From positions 637,710,558-637,774,557 of the forward strand of contig NC_133619.1 of NCBI RefSeq assembly GCF_048593235.1: 64,000 bases of DNA. The letters are read 5' to 3'. The notes beneath the pieces are model-generated. The model made no database searches and was not told the DNA's origin. It worked only from the letters and a program-made list of their open reading frames with translations. This DNA is from Sminthopsis crassicaudata (lineage: Eukaryota). The position numbers were made by a program, and so were the translations under genes. Below, piece by piece: positions 1 to 13,629 of the stretch; position 1 is the stretch's first letter; the number at the start of each line of letters is the position of its first letter.

Positions 1-184
1 GTCTCTCAAGCTGCCTTAGTGGGAATCCTTCTTTCTAGGTACAAACTCTCACACAGATAGATCACCAAATGGACTCAGTCTGAGGCCCATGAACACCTTT
101 TTTTTTTTTTTTTTTAAATACTGGATAACTGTTACCTTTGAAATCTTAGGGATTTTATATTATGCTTAAAGGTAGCAGTGAACC

Positions 185-400
185 AGAGCTATGGGCTTGA
201 AGTCAAGATTTGGGTACAAATGCAGCCCCAGACATTTAGCCGTGTGACGCTGGCTAAGTTGATTCACCTCTGCCTGCCTCAGTTTCCTCTTTTATAAGTG
301 GGACTATTAAATGCTCCTACCTCTTAGGACTGTTGTCAGAATCAAATGAAATAATATTTGTAAAACTCTTAGCACTGTTCTCAGCATATGGTAGGTGCTA
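185..400 (+). mobile_element. MIR/CORE-SINE fragment with L2-like 3' tail
   Basis: Degenerate core 'gctgtgtgac..ggctaagttgattcacctctg..cctcagtttcctct..ataagtggg' followed by 'cttagcactgttctcagcatatggtaggtgctaataaa'. Confidence 0.6.
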
Positions 401-2562
401 ATAAAAGCTTATTCCTTCCGCTTTCCTTCCATTCTGATGATAATGGATCCACGGGTTTCACTTAACTGCCAAAGGGGACGTCTTGACACAGAGCAAAGGT
501 TGGACAGGAACGTTCTTCATTCCCGAGTTGATCACATAACACCCCCACTTTGTTCCTATGAAGGAAGCACCCTGGATTCTACCCAACAGTGCCCTCCGCC
601 TGTGCCAGGGGAATGCCAGAGCACTATAGCAACAGCTCCAGTTTTAGGGTATAAACTTGGAGGGTCTGGGAATCCTCTGATGGAGGAAGAACACCCATAG
701 GCTCTGTGTACAAAAAGACAAACTCCATTCTGACCACCTTCATGAAATCCTGGGCAGGTCCTCATGGACTTCACCAACATATTCCCCAGCACCACAACGA
801 AAGGAACATGGGGTTCTTGTGTTTAGCCTAAGGACCCCTGTGTCCAGAGCAAGGACACAGTCTCATTTACTTCCTGAGGTTGACATTCTAGGCCCTTCAA
901 CAATCTAACTACCTTCTCAGACTTGCACCCTTTTCTCTATGGGTGACTTATATGCAGGCCTGGACTGCCCTGTCTTAGATGACAGCCATCCCAGTCTCTT
1001 CCTTTCTCTTTCTCCTTCTGGACTAGCCCACCCCCCGAGGCCCTCTCTGCTCTTTACTGCACTGGGCTGAACATGCTCGAGGCCTTTGACTTAACTAAAC
1101 AGGCCAGCTGATCTGCTACCTTTTTTTGAAGGAGTCCTGACTTCCCAATAAGATATTCTTTTGGTTATCCCTTTGCAGCCATAGGCATTTGGCTAAGTTA
1201 GAAGATGCCCCGGACGGAGGTTTCGTGGTTGTTCAGTCTCTTCCGACGCTTCTCTGCAGCCCCATTCCGGTTTTCTCAGCAGATACTGGAAGGGTTGGCC
1301 ATTTCCTTCTCCAGCACATTTTACAGATGAGGCAATGACTTGCCCAGGCTCACCCAGCTAATAAGTCTGAAGCTGTGTTAGAACTCAGTGAGATGAGTCT
1401 TCCTTCCTCCATGCCCAGTGTTCTGTATTCGGCTCCAGAGGGGAAGCAGACAGTGACTGAGCCCTCTAAGGCTCACAAAGGGCTTCATACCCAATATCCC
1501 TTCTAATACCCCCAAACCCCCAGGGACAGAGACTTTTCATGACTCCTCATTGTCCCCATTTTATCACTGATGTGAAAAGAGAGGATGAATGAGTTGCTAA
1601 CACAGCAGGGCAGAATTTTCTCTCAGAGCACTCTCCTTGCCTCCAGACCTGGCCCTTGAGTTAGCTGGGCAGGGCTGGATGACATCCCTCCACATTTCAG
1701 CTAGAAGCTGATCTGACTGGGACTTTCTGTCCGCTTTCCTTTTCCATAACCACAGATTAAAAAGCCCAAATACTCCAGCATCCAGAGCCCAGCAATGAGG
1801 GGGCTGGGGTGGGGTGGATCCAAGGGGAAACAGGGAGAGGGAAGACTGAAGAGAGCTAGGAGCCCCTTTCTGGGGCCAAATATTTGCAAGGTGGCAAGAG
1901 AAAGGATGATTCAATTTCGGGACTGAGGTCAGGATGACCAGGTATTGTTACCAGCCACTTCCTCGGGTAAAGTTCTTCCCCCTCAGCCCCTATTGCCTTC
2001 CATGACCATAAAAGAAATCTCCACTGGTACCCGGCCTCCACATGCCCTGAGCCTTGGGACCTCTTTGTGCTCCAATCTTCCTCAAGCACTTGTCCTAACT
2101 GGTAGAAGTCCTGGCAGGCACCTCAGTGGTGGCTTGGAAGTTGGTGCACAGGCCTAAGGACACCTCGCCATGCTCTTCATGAGTCGCATGACAGACCCCA
2201 ATTGTCTGTTCCAGTTCTGGAGTCTATGATTCCATTTTGTGCTTATGTGCCTCATTTCTAGCCTGAGTCTGATTGTCTGATTATCCTAGAAATCATAATC
2301 AAGGCCTAGGGTGAGTGTTTACCAAAGGCACTTAATGTGGATCTCACTGAACTGCTGCTGGGCCATGACAGTGCACAAAGACAGCTTTCCCCTCCTAGAC
2401 TCTGACCACACACCCAAGAATCGAGACCTTTTTCATGACTTCGCTACTTGACACACAATATGAAAATCCCAGAAATGGGAGACAGGAGGAGGATAATGTC
2501 AAGGAAGCTCTCTGCCTCCCGGCTCTGGGGCAGACCTTGGTCTGAGAGGGCCACAGACTCAC

Positions 2563-2758
2563 CAGCACTGTTGGCCTCTGACTCCAGAAGGTGGATGTCG
2601 TTACAATCTGCCAAGGAGTGCTCCAGGCAAAGCTGCAGAAATCGGGCCTGGGTTCGGGTGACCCGCTTCAACAGGGACAGCAAGGCCACCGTCTGCTCAC
2701 ACTCATTCCAGCCCTTGAACCAGCCGGCAAGGATGCCAACCTGGTCTCGGAACATCAT
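2563..2758 (-). CDS. SAMD4B: SAMD4B (Smaug homolog 2) first coding exon; rest of the gene lies beyond the window start
   Basis: Translates [65 protein letters not shown], the Smaug-family N-terminus. ATG at 2758-2756; phase-1 donor G|gtgagt after 2563. Whole exon is 2563-2954, with acceptor ctcttttctctcttctag at 2955. Gene order SAMD4B-GMFG-LRFN1-IFNL matches human. Confidence 0.96.
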
Positions 2759-2954
2759 GGTGCCGTGGCCAGGGCCTGGGCTTGGCACCGGCAGAGGCCG
2801 GGGGTGGGGGAATGGTGGGGCAGGGCAACGCTGTCACATGGTCTCGGCTCCAGAATCTTGTGGTCTCTCCCCAGGGGATCAGGGTGCTTAGAAAATCCCG
2901 GGAGGGGCAGCGGGGGCAGAGGCCTGCTCACATCAGGGAGGTTTCCATGGGCTC
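2759..2954 (-). other. SAMD4B: SAMD4B 5'UTR part of the first coding exon, containing upstream ATGs
   Basis: Lies between the pyrimidine-rich AG acceptor (2955-2956) and the start codon. Contains ATG GAA ACC TCC CTG ATG TGA (2948-2928) and ATG TGA (2839-2834). Confidence 0.75.
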
Positions 2955-5900
2955 CTAGAAGAGAGAAAAGAGGGTATCAGACCCAGTCCAAGAGCTTCGG
3001 AGGCCTTGGTGTCTCAGCATGCAGAGCCAAGTCAGCAGCTGAGCTGCCGGGAAGAAAGAAAGCGGAACGGATGTCCCCTTAACTGTGTCCCCAGGTCCCC
3101 TAGGCCAAAAGAGTTGACTTAACTGGCCACTCCCATACTGCCACATGAGAATGCTGACCCACTCATTCACATTCTGAAGAACCAAGCTCAAAATGCAGTA
3201 AGACACACACGGTCTGGCTGACCCAAGAGCTTTCAAAAAGCCTCGGCCATCCAGGAGGGCAGAAATGCCAGAGCATTCCACCAGGAAGCAGGTCACCCGA
3301 GTTCTGGCTCACAAGTGACTGATTTTGCAACCTGGGGTGTCACTTCCCTAACTGCCTGGATTTTAGCTGCCTCATACCTAACCTGCCTGAAGGAGACAAT
3401 CTCTTTAACCCTTTTTGGCTTAAATACTATCTGTAAAGTTCTCTAATCCCATGAGTAAGAGCCTCTGAAAGGTCCCTCAAAGGGGGTCCTGAAGAACATG
3501 AGAGGTTTATCTCAAGATGAGCTCCTGTCCCAAAGCAAGAGGACAAACTGAATGATCTCTTCAGAGAGCTTTCATAAAAAGCATCTTTTGCCTTTGTAAA
3601 ATATTCTTTCTTTCTAGATTTGGGCCACTCTGAGAGACTGCTGAGTAGAGAGACTTATAACTTCCTTCAGGGGTGAGTCCACTTCCCTGACTCTCTGATT
3701 TCAGGCAGGGAAGGCAGAAAGGAAAAACCATTTATTAAGCACCTACTACATGCTTGACACTGTACTCAGTGCTTTGCAAATATTATTTCATTTGTTTCTC
3801 ACAAGAACCCTTCACTTCCCAGATTCATCTATTTAAATAGGGTTTTTTTTTTTTGGGGGGGGGACTAAGTGAAAGAGCAGATTCTTTGCCTCAGTTGCTA
3901 TCTAGCACTGAATCACTCAATGGGTACAGCCTCAGTCAAAGGCTGGCGATCTTGCACAGCCCTCCCTCACTTAAATCCAATTGCAGGTCATGGCAGACCC
4001 TCCCTGATGTCAGAGTCCTCTTGGAAAGGAATGGAAGGACAAACAATATCCCTGCAAGGTAAATACTATTAGTTTAACCCTTTTACACCTAAGGAAATAG
4101 GAACAGAGAGCATAAGGAAGTTGTCCAGGGTCTCAAATCTGGGACGCATCTGAGGCTAGCTGTAAACTTAGATCTTAACTCCAGTCTGGGCACCATGCTA
4201 ACCAGTTACCTACAAATTCCTGGATTGTCACATACAGCCTCCTCTCCAATAAGAATATTCAGTGGCTACCTGGTCCAACCAGGAGCTGAAAAAAAAAAGT
4301 CCCATGCAACATCCAAGAGGTCAACCAGGTCTCCCTACTGAAGCACTGTCTACAGGAAAAGCTCCTGGCTCTTTCCTTTAGGGCCAAGCAGGACATAGCT
4401 ATATATAGCCTTTTCCAAAAGAGAAGCCCACCTGAAGACAAACATTATGCCCCTTAAGTCTCCGCCACCTTCGAATTTTTTCAACTGACCACATGGCCTG
4501 AAATCAAGGCCTGGCACTCATCCCTACTTCCTTCTTCTTTCTAGAATCTCTTTTTTCAAGAGTTGGCCCCAAAACTATCTTCTATATGAGATCTTTCCTC
4601 AACTCTATTATACCCTCCCTTCCAAACTTATATTAATTTTGTGTTTGTCCTATGCCCTTGTGCTTCCCCTTAAATGTTCAATTTTGGGGGCACAGAGATC
4701 AATCCCGACATTATTTGTTGCACTCCAGCACCCAGTACAGTACCAGGCACACATGAATGATTGGCAAAAGGTCAAAGGGGCCAGGCTCTTGGGTCCCCTT
4801 GTTAATGACTGAAGACTGGAGTCAGAAAAGCTAACACCAACTTCACTGAGTTTGATGTGCCTGGCCCTTGCTAGAAATTCAAAGTGGTCACAGCTTGCTC
4901 AGCAAGCTAATGCCTACAGGTGGGAAGGGGGAAATTACCTTGTAGCTCTTTTGGATGGAACAATGTGATCTAACTAGTAATATTCCTTGTACCCCTGAGG
5001 GGGTGGGAGCAGGTACAGTTCTTTGCTTATTTAATGGGATTTGGGGAAAATCAAGATTTTTAAGTAGTAATGTTGGAAAGACCTGGGTTCAAATTCCCAT
5101 GCTTACTGTGTGTGATACCATTCTCTATAAAAACGAGGACAATAATATCTGTAATATCTACTTCATAGTATTGTTATAAGGCTCAGATAAGATGAATGCA
5201 AAACACTCTGCAAATAAAGCAACGTACAGATATCAATGGGCATGACATAAGTGTCCACAGAAAGGAAAAGTGAATCTAGAAACTATGAAACACAGTTGAG
5301 AAAACTGGAGGTAGAAAAATGGAGAAAGTTCTTAAATAGGGGAAGATAGATGACCCAATCATTTCTTCAAACCACCAAAAGATTTTCAAGAACAAGAAAC
5401 AAATTTGTTTCTTCGTCTCCATTAACAGAAAACCCAATGAACAAAAAGGACAAGCTTCATCCAGGAATGGAAAAAGGGAAAAGCCTCTCTTCCCAGATCT
5501 CTGTTATAAATACCTATAACCATGGGCAAAATTCCTCCTCCTAAGCCTCAGTTTCCCCATCTATAAAATGAGGGGATTGGTCTAGATGATTTTTAGGGGT
5601 TATGCTGCCATCAACAAGGCCAAAAAAAAAAAAAAAAAAAATCTCCAACAGTAAAGGAAAACAGGAGAAATGGAGGAAGGATTAGCTAAGAAAAGTCCGG
5701 AATAATGCAAGAGGGCCTGACCGTCATCTGCAAACAGACTTTGGGGAAAAAGGTAGTTTTAAAATCAGCAATATTAAAACTTCATCTAATGAGGAAATCT
5801 GCAGCTCCTTTCAGGAGTTGAGGGCTATCTAAATGTTTGGAACACAACCAAATGATGAGATCCCTCATCACGGGGGATTCATTCCCTGCTACAACCTGAT

Positions 5901-6999
5901 GCTCACCCAGTCCTAGCTACTCTGCGGCCACTGGGAAGGACAGCCTGCTTGGCATGAGGACAAAAGCTGCCTTAGCTTCAAACATGGCCAGAACAGAATC
6001 CTTGGATGTCACAGATGAACAGGCATCACAGGGAATCCTTAAGGTAAAAGTCCTCTCAAGAGAATTCATCAAGCTCCCCGCCAATATCTGTGCGTAAACA
6101 AGGAGCTTGACACTGAGGAGGTACTTGCTAATCCCAAAAGTGAAGGTCAGAGGGATTATCCAGGAAATCACCTAGTCAGACCAACAGGTGATCCTGAGAT
6201 GTTTTTTTCTTCATAACTCTTACAGAGAAGACAAGAGGGCCCTGTTCCAAGAGAAGAGGCCAAAGAGGATCCAGAGTGCTGCTCATTTTCCTGGCTCCTA
6301 CTGGCAGTCTCATACCCCACGTACGCCAACACCACCTGAACAAACAAGGTGGCACGGATGCCTCCCCTCACCCTTACTGCCTCTTACGTATTAACAGGTC
6401 AGTAACTGAAGGCAGCTGCCTATCCTAACAGAAGAAAGCAATCATCAAGTGAAAACCAAAGCCAAGGAAACAACTCCAGGTCTTGAGCAGTACTGAAATG
6501 TGATTTTTTTGCTAGGCATTTCTAAAGGGCACAGACTTGCCATGAGAAAAGGAAGATCTTGCTACAGGGAGGGAAATTATCATAAGGGTAAAAAATAAGA
6601 GATGAGCAGAGCTTCTTGGGAAATGACCAGAGCACAGGAATTCCTTGGAAATCCTTGAAAGAGAGCAAACAGCGCTGGTTCCTCTTGGGTCCTACCTGCC
6701 ATGAGCAAATGGCTCCTAAAGCTCTGTGCTGCAGATTCAGCTCTTCTCTATCACACACTTGCTCTCTTGGGAAGCCCGTTCTTTCTCATGGGGCAGATAC
6801 CTCCTTTATGAGCCCCCAGACTCTCCAACCCTTGTTTTTAATTCCAGATGCCTGCTAGTGGAACATATCATCTGTACTTCAACTTTAACATGTCAGGCAA
6901 TAAACATTTAGTAGTTATGACTAACAGTACTCTCGTTGTCTTACCCTCAAATTGGCTTCTCTACATAACATCTCTTTTCTGTCACAGTGGGATCCCCAT

Positions 7000-7880
7000 T
7001 CTCCCAGCACCCAGACTTGGAATTTCCGATTCACGTTCAGGCCTATCATGCAGGTCCTCACTGACCTGCTAAGTTGGGCTCTTCCTGTTTCATCCCAACC
7101 ATCACTCAGCTGTCAGAGGTATCCTAAAACACAAGTCTGACCATGGCCACCCCTCACTTCACACACCCCAGTCTTTCAAGAACTTCCAGTTGGCTTCTCA
7201 TTACTTTCAGGATCAAATATAAAATCCTCTGCTTGGAGTTCAAAACTCTTCATTATCTTGTCCTCCCCTCCTACTCTTCTAGACTTCTTCCAGGGTGCTC
7301 CCTCGCCCATACTCTTCAATCCAGTAAACCTGGTATCTTGGCTATTCTGTGAACAAGACCCTTCATCTCCTGACTGTGGTTTTCACTGACTGGCCCGGCA
7401 ATTCTCTCCTTCCTCACCACTGCCTCCTGGCTTTCTTTGAATCAATGCTAAAATCCTCCCTTGTTCAAGAAGTCTTTCCCGACCCCCTTGATGCCAGTGC
7501 CTTCTGAAAACATTGCCATTTTAGCCTGCAAAGTCTCATTTGTGCATGGCTGTCTGCATGCTGTCCAGGAATTTGCTAGAGCCAGCTTGATCATGAAAGC
7601 CATTTTCAGTATGAGCATTTACACAATGGAAATCAACAAACACTGAAAATCAAGGCTTGTTTGTTTTTCTGATTGTCTAGATTTAAGAAAGAGATACAGA
7701 AAAAGTTAAGAATACAGTTTAAATTTAAAGTTGTGTACTACCCATATCTCTCTCTTCCTTACCAGTTGTCCCCATTTGACTGAAAGCTCCTTGAAGAGCA
7801 AGGACTGTTTCTGCCTTTCTTTGTAAACCCAGTCCTAGCACAGTATTAGGTACCCATCAATGCTTATTGACATGAATAGT
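7000..7880 (+). mobile_element. LINE-2 3' fragments (degenerate)
   Basis: L2-like motifs 'tcctaaaacacaagtctgaccatg..ccctc', 'caggatcaaatataaaatcctctgcttgg', ending 'aagctccttgaagagcaaggactg..caatgcttattgacatgaat'. Confidence 0.6.
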
Positions 7881-8454
7881 TCTGTTGTATTCTGCTCTGA
7901 TTAGAATACGTTTGGAATACAGATAGTTCTCAGTTCTCATCTTACACAAATTTGACTTTACATAAAGAATTTTGAAAGAAATCTGCATTCCAAAAAACCT
8001 ATGTTAACTTTGCTGTACAGTACTGTGTCCATGCTCCCAAGTTCGCTCTCTCCCTCCCTACTGCTGCTTCTTGGCTCAGCACTCCTAGGTCTCCCCCATA
8101 AAACAATCCCCTTCAAGTGAAAGCATATGAGACCACCACTGTCACCATAGTGAATAACAGACTTGACTTGAGAGAAGAGACCCCTTTGCCCTGCTCTACC
8201 ACCAGCATGTCTGTTTTCTGTCAGCCCTCAGGTACCAAGTGTCTTCTCCTGTCTGTGTCCGTGTCTGGGCCCTGCTTATTCTTCCTCCAACTCTCTCTTG
8301 TCCATCTCTAGTCCCCAAATATCCTTAAACCAGTCCCCTTCCTTCATGGATACGCTGTCCCCTTTCTGCCTCCCTCCCTCCCTTCCCCATGTCTATAAGT
8401 AAATTCACATTACACAAAAATTGCTTCACACTTACATAAAGTGAGAACCATTTG

Positions 8455-8830
8455 TTGTTCTGTGTTTAGTTTGGTCACTTTTAAGAAGGAAACTAACAAA
8501 CTGGAGCATGTGAGGAGAACATAAGACCGTGACATATAAAGATGAACTAAAGGACTTGGGATTTTTAGCTACAGAAAAGAGAACTGAGGAAAGAAAAGCT
8601 AGTTCTCTTCAGATTGGAAGTGCCTTTTGTATCTTGGCCACTGTCCTGAATTAAGAGCAATGAGTTAAGCTGCAAAGAAAGAGAGGTTACTGTATAGGGA
8701 AAAAAAAAAAAAAAAAAACTACCTGATGACTAAAGCCGTCCAGAAATGGAAGGGGCTTCCTCCATAAATAGCAAACTCCCCATCTAAGGAAGCTGAATGC
8801 TGGCTCATCAAGTATGTTGCAGAGGGGATT
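8455..8830 (+). mobile_element. L3/CR1 fragment
   Basis: 'gtgtttagtttggtcacttttaagaagga..aacaaactggagcatgtg..gaactaaaggacttgggatttttagc' resembles the CR1/L3 ORF2 3' end; similar text at ~11270-11430. Confidence 0.45.
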
Positions 8831-11800
8831 TTCGTTAAGTACAGATTAGATCAGAGGAACTCTGGGGTCCCATTCATTCCTGATATACCTTCTCTCTCCC
8901 TGGAACCCTTCCCCCCATATCCATTCAACATAACAACTCTTCCTTCCTCACCGCCCCAAGACCACATTCTCACCACTTCACACCAAGCCTACTCAGCTGG
9001 TCTAAACAGTCCCATTTTTCTCCCTCCTTGAAACCACAGTACACTTGGCTGCTGGAGTCATTTTTCTAAAACACCATTTTCATTATGTGACTCCCCTGTC
9101 CCAAAATCAAAAATGGCTTCGTACTGCCTGAAAGAGAAATTCTTAATCGCTCACCTAACCCAAACTATCCAATCTCCATTGCTCCAGCCAAACTGATGCT
9201 CTAACACCCTCACATAGAAAGCACCTCACAAACTGCCAGCTCTGCCCTTTGCTTACACCAGACCCCTGCCCAGCTGAAATCCTTTTAGTTTACCTGAATC
9301 ATGCTCATTTTAACTCCACTTCCTCCATAAAACCTTCTGTGGCCACAGCAATGTCATTTTTCCTCTGAATGGCTATAGCATACATTGATCTGTACCACTC
9401 ATCTCTCCTTCCATAATAAGCTAGCATATACTATTATTTTTTTCTGGCCATGTGTTAACTTACTATGTAATTCAAGTCCCCTGAAGACAGGCACTTAACC
9501 ATACTTGTCATCCTAGCTCACCCATGCCTAAGAGGAATAGCAATGATGAAGGAAGGTCCTCCGTCTCGAGGATCATCTCCAAATGCCATTTCCACTGTTC
9601 ATCACTCCCATTCCTGCAAGGCTTCCTTGTAAAATGATATCAACACATGTTTCTTCTGAGCTCAGAATCTATCCAGTGGCTAGCGAACTCTCGATTCAAC
9701 TTTTCTATCCTCTGCTCAATGATGTCAAACTCAAAGAGAAATGAAAGGCTGCTCAGAAAACTACAAATTCACATTCTCTATGCTGCACTGTATTCTTATT
9801 TACTTTCCTACATGTGTCCCAATAACATGTTAATCTGGTTTGTCTTCAAGAGTTTCCTGGCATTCCTGACCTCTTGTAGTCCCCACCATAAGCTTTCTGC
9901 TCAATTACTATTTTATATATTACTCAACCTCTGAAAGAGTCCACTGCACAGAAACCTGACAGTTAAAAAAAAAAAAAAAATCAACACTTTATTCCACCTA
10001 CAGAGATCTTCCTCTAGTCCATCCACTACTCTGAGCCCAAGTGATTATACTGAGAGAATGTCAGAGAAATCACGGAGCCCAACCTAAGAGTGAAGAAAGA
10101 ATGGCTGGGCACCAGGAATGCTGGCTATGGATGATGCTCCCACCAGAATGGACTCTTCATTCAGCTCTTCTTTAAGCCTGGAGAAAAGGCCATGATGGTT
10201 CAATCAGTCAAGTTAGCCAACACAGCTAGCAATTCCGTCATCCCCTCTGATCTCACAGCAGACTTGTGCTGTGGGTCCTACAGATATTGTTTCCCCAAAT
10301 CAAGAGCAAAGGAAGCTGGGTCCAAGAGGTTAAGTTGGGAGACAGAATTCCACAGTGAAAAAGAGGCTTGCATTTCATCCAAAGACCTACTCTGCTCCTA
10401 TTACCCGTATGACTCTGGACAAGTCATTCCACCTCCTGGCTCTCCTCACCTGCACAAGGTGCCCTCTGGTCCTACTTCTATACTCCCAAGATGTGAAGCC
10501 CAACCTCTTTCTTTTAATTAAGCACTAAGAGTTGGTGTGGCTTTTCAACAGCAAGTATTCTAGGAAGAGTTCAGAAAAGCAAATGAAGAAGAACTATGTA
10601 CTGAACAGCTCCAGATTCCCAGCTCAACCAACAAGTTGAGACCAATGGACAGTGATGAAGGTCTTGGCCAAGACAGGATTTTCAACAAAACTAAATGATA
10701 CAATGACTACTAAGGATAGCCTTTCTCCTATTCCATTCCCCTTTCTTGTTTAAAATAACGTGTTGGCTATCTAGGATCCATGTACAGACTTCTCATCTAT
10801 GGGCAAGAGAGCTCAAAGCACTGTACAGTTTATTCCCTCTCATGTTTCACTATTCAACAGGAATGTTCAGAAAGGATTCTTTCAGAGTGAGGAAAAGAAA
10901 ATGAGGCACAGAAAGGGTAAAGGGATAATCTGGAGCATACAAAGAATCTAAAGACATTAGGTACCTCTGCCCATTGTGGTCCTGATTAAGAATCACTGGT
11001 TGGAAGGTCATCTACTCCAATTCCTCTGGAATGAGAAATGAACTAAAGACTCTAGTGTTTAAAAAGAGAACTGACAGGATGAGGAAGAAACACTCCAGAT
11101 GTTGGGCAGTGAGGACAGGAAAGGACAAGGGAAGTTAGACATGAAAAAGACCCTCTTTCCTCCTTCCCACTAGGGTGGGAAAAATTATAATTCTGGAGAA
11201 GTGGCAGGGTGAGAAGTTTAGGATACATTAACGGATATCAAGGGAAGTGCCTGCCCAAGTTAAGAGTGCAGAAAGATTCTGGGGTTCATTTCTCGATAGC
11301 ACGTTTTGACAAAGATACTATCAAACTGGAGAACTAGCCAGGGTGGAGCCAGGGTTTAGAAATCATCTCAGAGGAGAAATGGCTGAAGGAATGAGAGGTG
11401 TTTAGGTCCCGGGAGTAAGGATTTAGGGGATCTCCTCACTGATGCCTAGAATCCCCGAGTGCCTGTCACACAGAAATGGGAGCCAACTCTCACTTGCTTC
11501 TACAGGGCAGTTATGAGCCCAGTGACTGGAGACCAAAAGGAAGCAGGCTTCTGCTCAACTAAAGTAATCATGAGAAATCTCATCAGACCAAGGGCTCCTC
11601 ATTCTGTGCTATATTCAAGCAGGGGTGTTCCTTCTCAAACACGTGGAAGAGGGGATCCTTACACTGAGAAGAATGGACCAGGTAATCTCTCAAATCCCTT
11701 TCCAATGTCAAGGTCCCATAAGAAAATCCTTCTCTCCTTGGAGGCCCAGGGGTCTGCCTGACCTGGACTACTCTGGCCCAACCCTCAGAGGAGACAGGGC

Positions 11801-12559
11801 TGGAGGAGCAGAAAGGATGTCCAAGGGCAGGGAGCTCCTGGCTTCTATGGGCAGAACAGTGTGGCACAAAGGGAAAAAACAAAACAAAACAAAACAAAAA
11901 ACAGGTATTGGTAAGAACACGGTAGAGGATAAGTTCTCTTAAAGTGCTGGAGAAGGCCTGATGGAGGTAAGGAGAAATCAGAGAGAAAAGATTTAAAGGA
12001 AGAAGAGGACATACACAGAAAGGGGAACAGAGCTGCACCAATGAAAAGGAACTTTAGAAAAAGTTGTGAGTGTTCAAAGGGGTACAGCTTAAGAGTAGAA
12101 TTCAATGGATTAAGAAACCAAGGTGATGAGGGGAGGCAAAAGTATGGAAGTTGTGAATAATTTTAAGGGAAGAGTGAAGACTTTAAATTAACTTGAGAAA
12201 TGGTCAGAGGGCAGAAGTGGGGGAAGAAGCCCTGGCAAAGAATTAATAGGACTAGACTAGAAAGTTCTAAAATCTTTTCTGTCTCATGTCTGGAAAAGTC
12301 CATAGACTCCTTCAGCATGTTTTTAAATGGATAAAACAAAATACATAGGATTATAAAGGAAATCACTTATGTAGAAGTATAGTTACCAAAGAGTGGAGGG
12401 AAAAAAGTTCAGAAACCTTAGTTTGAGAATCCCTGGTCTAGAAGAGAGGTCTCTCTAAGGGACCAATAAAGGCTGATGAGATGGGGAAAAGAAATGGCAA
12501 GTGGTGTCTGCTGGAGGGTGGAGGATGATAAGGAAATGAGGAAAAAACTTTTACCTTCC

Positions 12560-13191
12560 CACATTCCTCTTTCCCTTTCTATCCCTCCTAAATTAGGTTT
12601 CAGAAAGTCCTGCCTAGACTATTTAGTCTTCATTAACCTCATTTCTTGTCTCTTCTTTCTCCAAACCATCTTTCACTTGGTTGCCAAAATAATCTTAAAA
12701 CCTAGTGCTGGCCACTTCCCTGATCAAAAAAGCTTCCCGAGGTCCCATATGTACATTAGATGGGCAATGAAATCCCTCCATAATCTGACTCCCACCTAAC
12801 TTTCCAGCACTACTTCCTAATACTCTGATCCAGTCATTCATTCTCCAGACTATGAGCATACCCCAAACTCTAGAATCTGCCCTCTCTCGGCTCCCACATC
12901 AACCGTTCCTCATGCCTAGGGCGTCATCCTTCCTCACGCCCATTAGTCTGAAGCTCAGTCTTCCACTGAACCTCAGCTCCTCTCTTCTGGAAAGCCTTCT
13001 TTAATTCCACCTTCTTGCAAGCATGCACTCCTCCCCTCCATTTTCCTTGGACTGTGCCAGTTTGGGCACCTGTTTTATCACTCCATTAGAACAAAAGCTC
13101 CTTGAGGCTAAAAGCTCGTTTTCCTCTTTCCTCAGGGAATGTCCAAGTGCTCTGTCCATCATCAGTGCCTAATAAATGTTTGCTGAATTGA
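12560..13191 (+). mobile_element. LINE-2 3' end
   Basis: L2-like 'tgcctagactat..ctccaaaccatctttcacttggttgccaaaataatctt' and terminal 'aagctccttgagg..gtgcctaataaatgtttgctgaattgaa'. Confidence 0.65.
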
Positions 13192-13629
13192 AGGGAGGAC
13201 AGAGAGCAAGACCAGGAGTGGAATCCCAACCTTGAGAAGATGGACAGGAGCAGGAGGAAAGGCGGTCAAAGCTCTGAAGCAGAGAGGTAGTAAAGGCTTT
13301 GGGAGGGAGAGACGGAAGGCTGGTCTGGGACAAAAGGACCTAAGTAAAGATACAACCTGAGTCTCTTTAGGAAAGAAGGTCTGGGGCAGTGCTCTCCCAA
13401 AGGTCTCGGGGGAGGACGATAGTGCGGGCTCATTTTTTAGAATGAGTTTGTCAGGGATGGAGACTTGGGAACCGAAGATGGGGCCTGAAAGAGAGCTGGG
13501 AAGGATGGGAAACAGGGGAGGACAAGCACACCGACATCAAGGACTCTAGGGAGCGATCTGGAAAGACTGGCAAAAGGGACACCCCGCCCCCAGGGCTGTG
13601 AAAGGTCCATGGACAACAACAAGGAAGCT

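Noticed and set aside
5907-6171. Possible SAMD4B internal exon or 84-aa ORF on the minus strand
   Set aside because: A donor exists but the acceptor lacks a pyrimidine tract; no recognisable homology.
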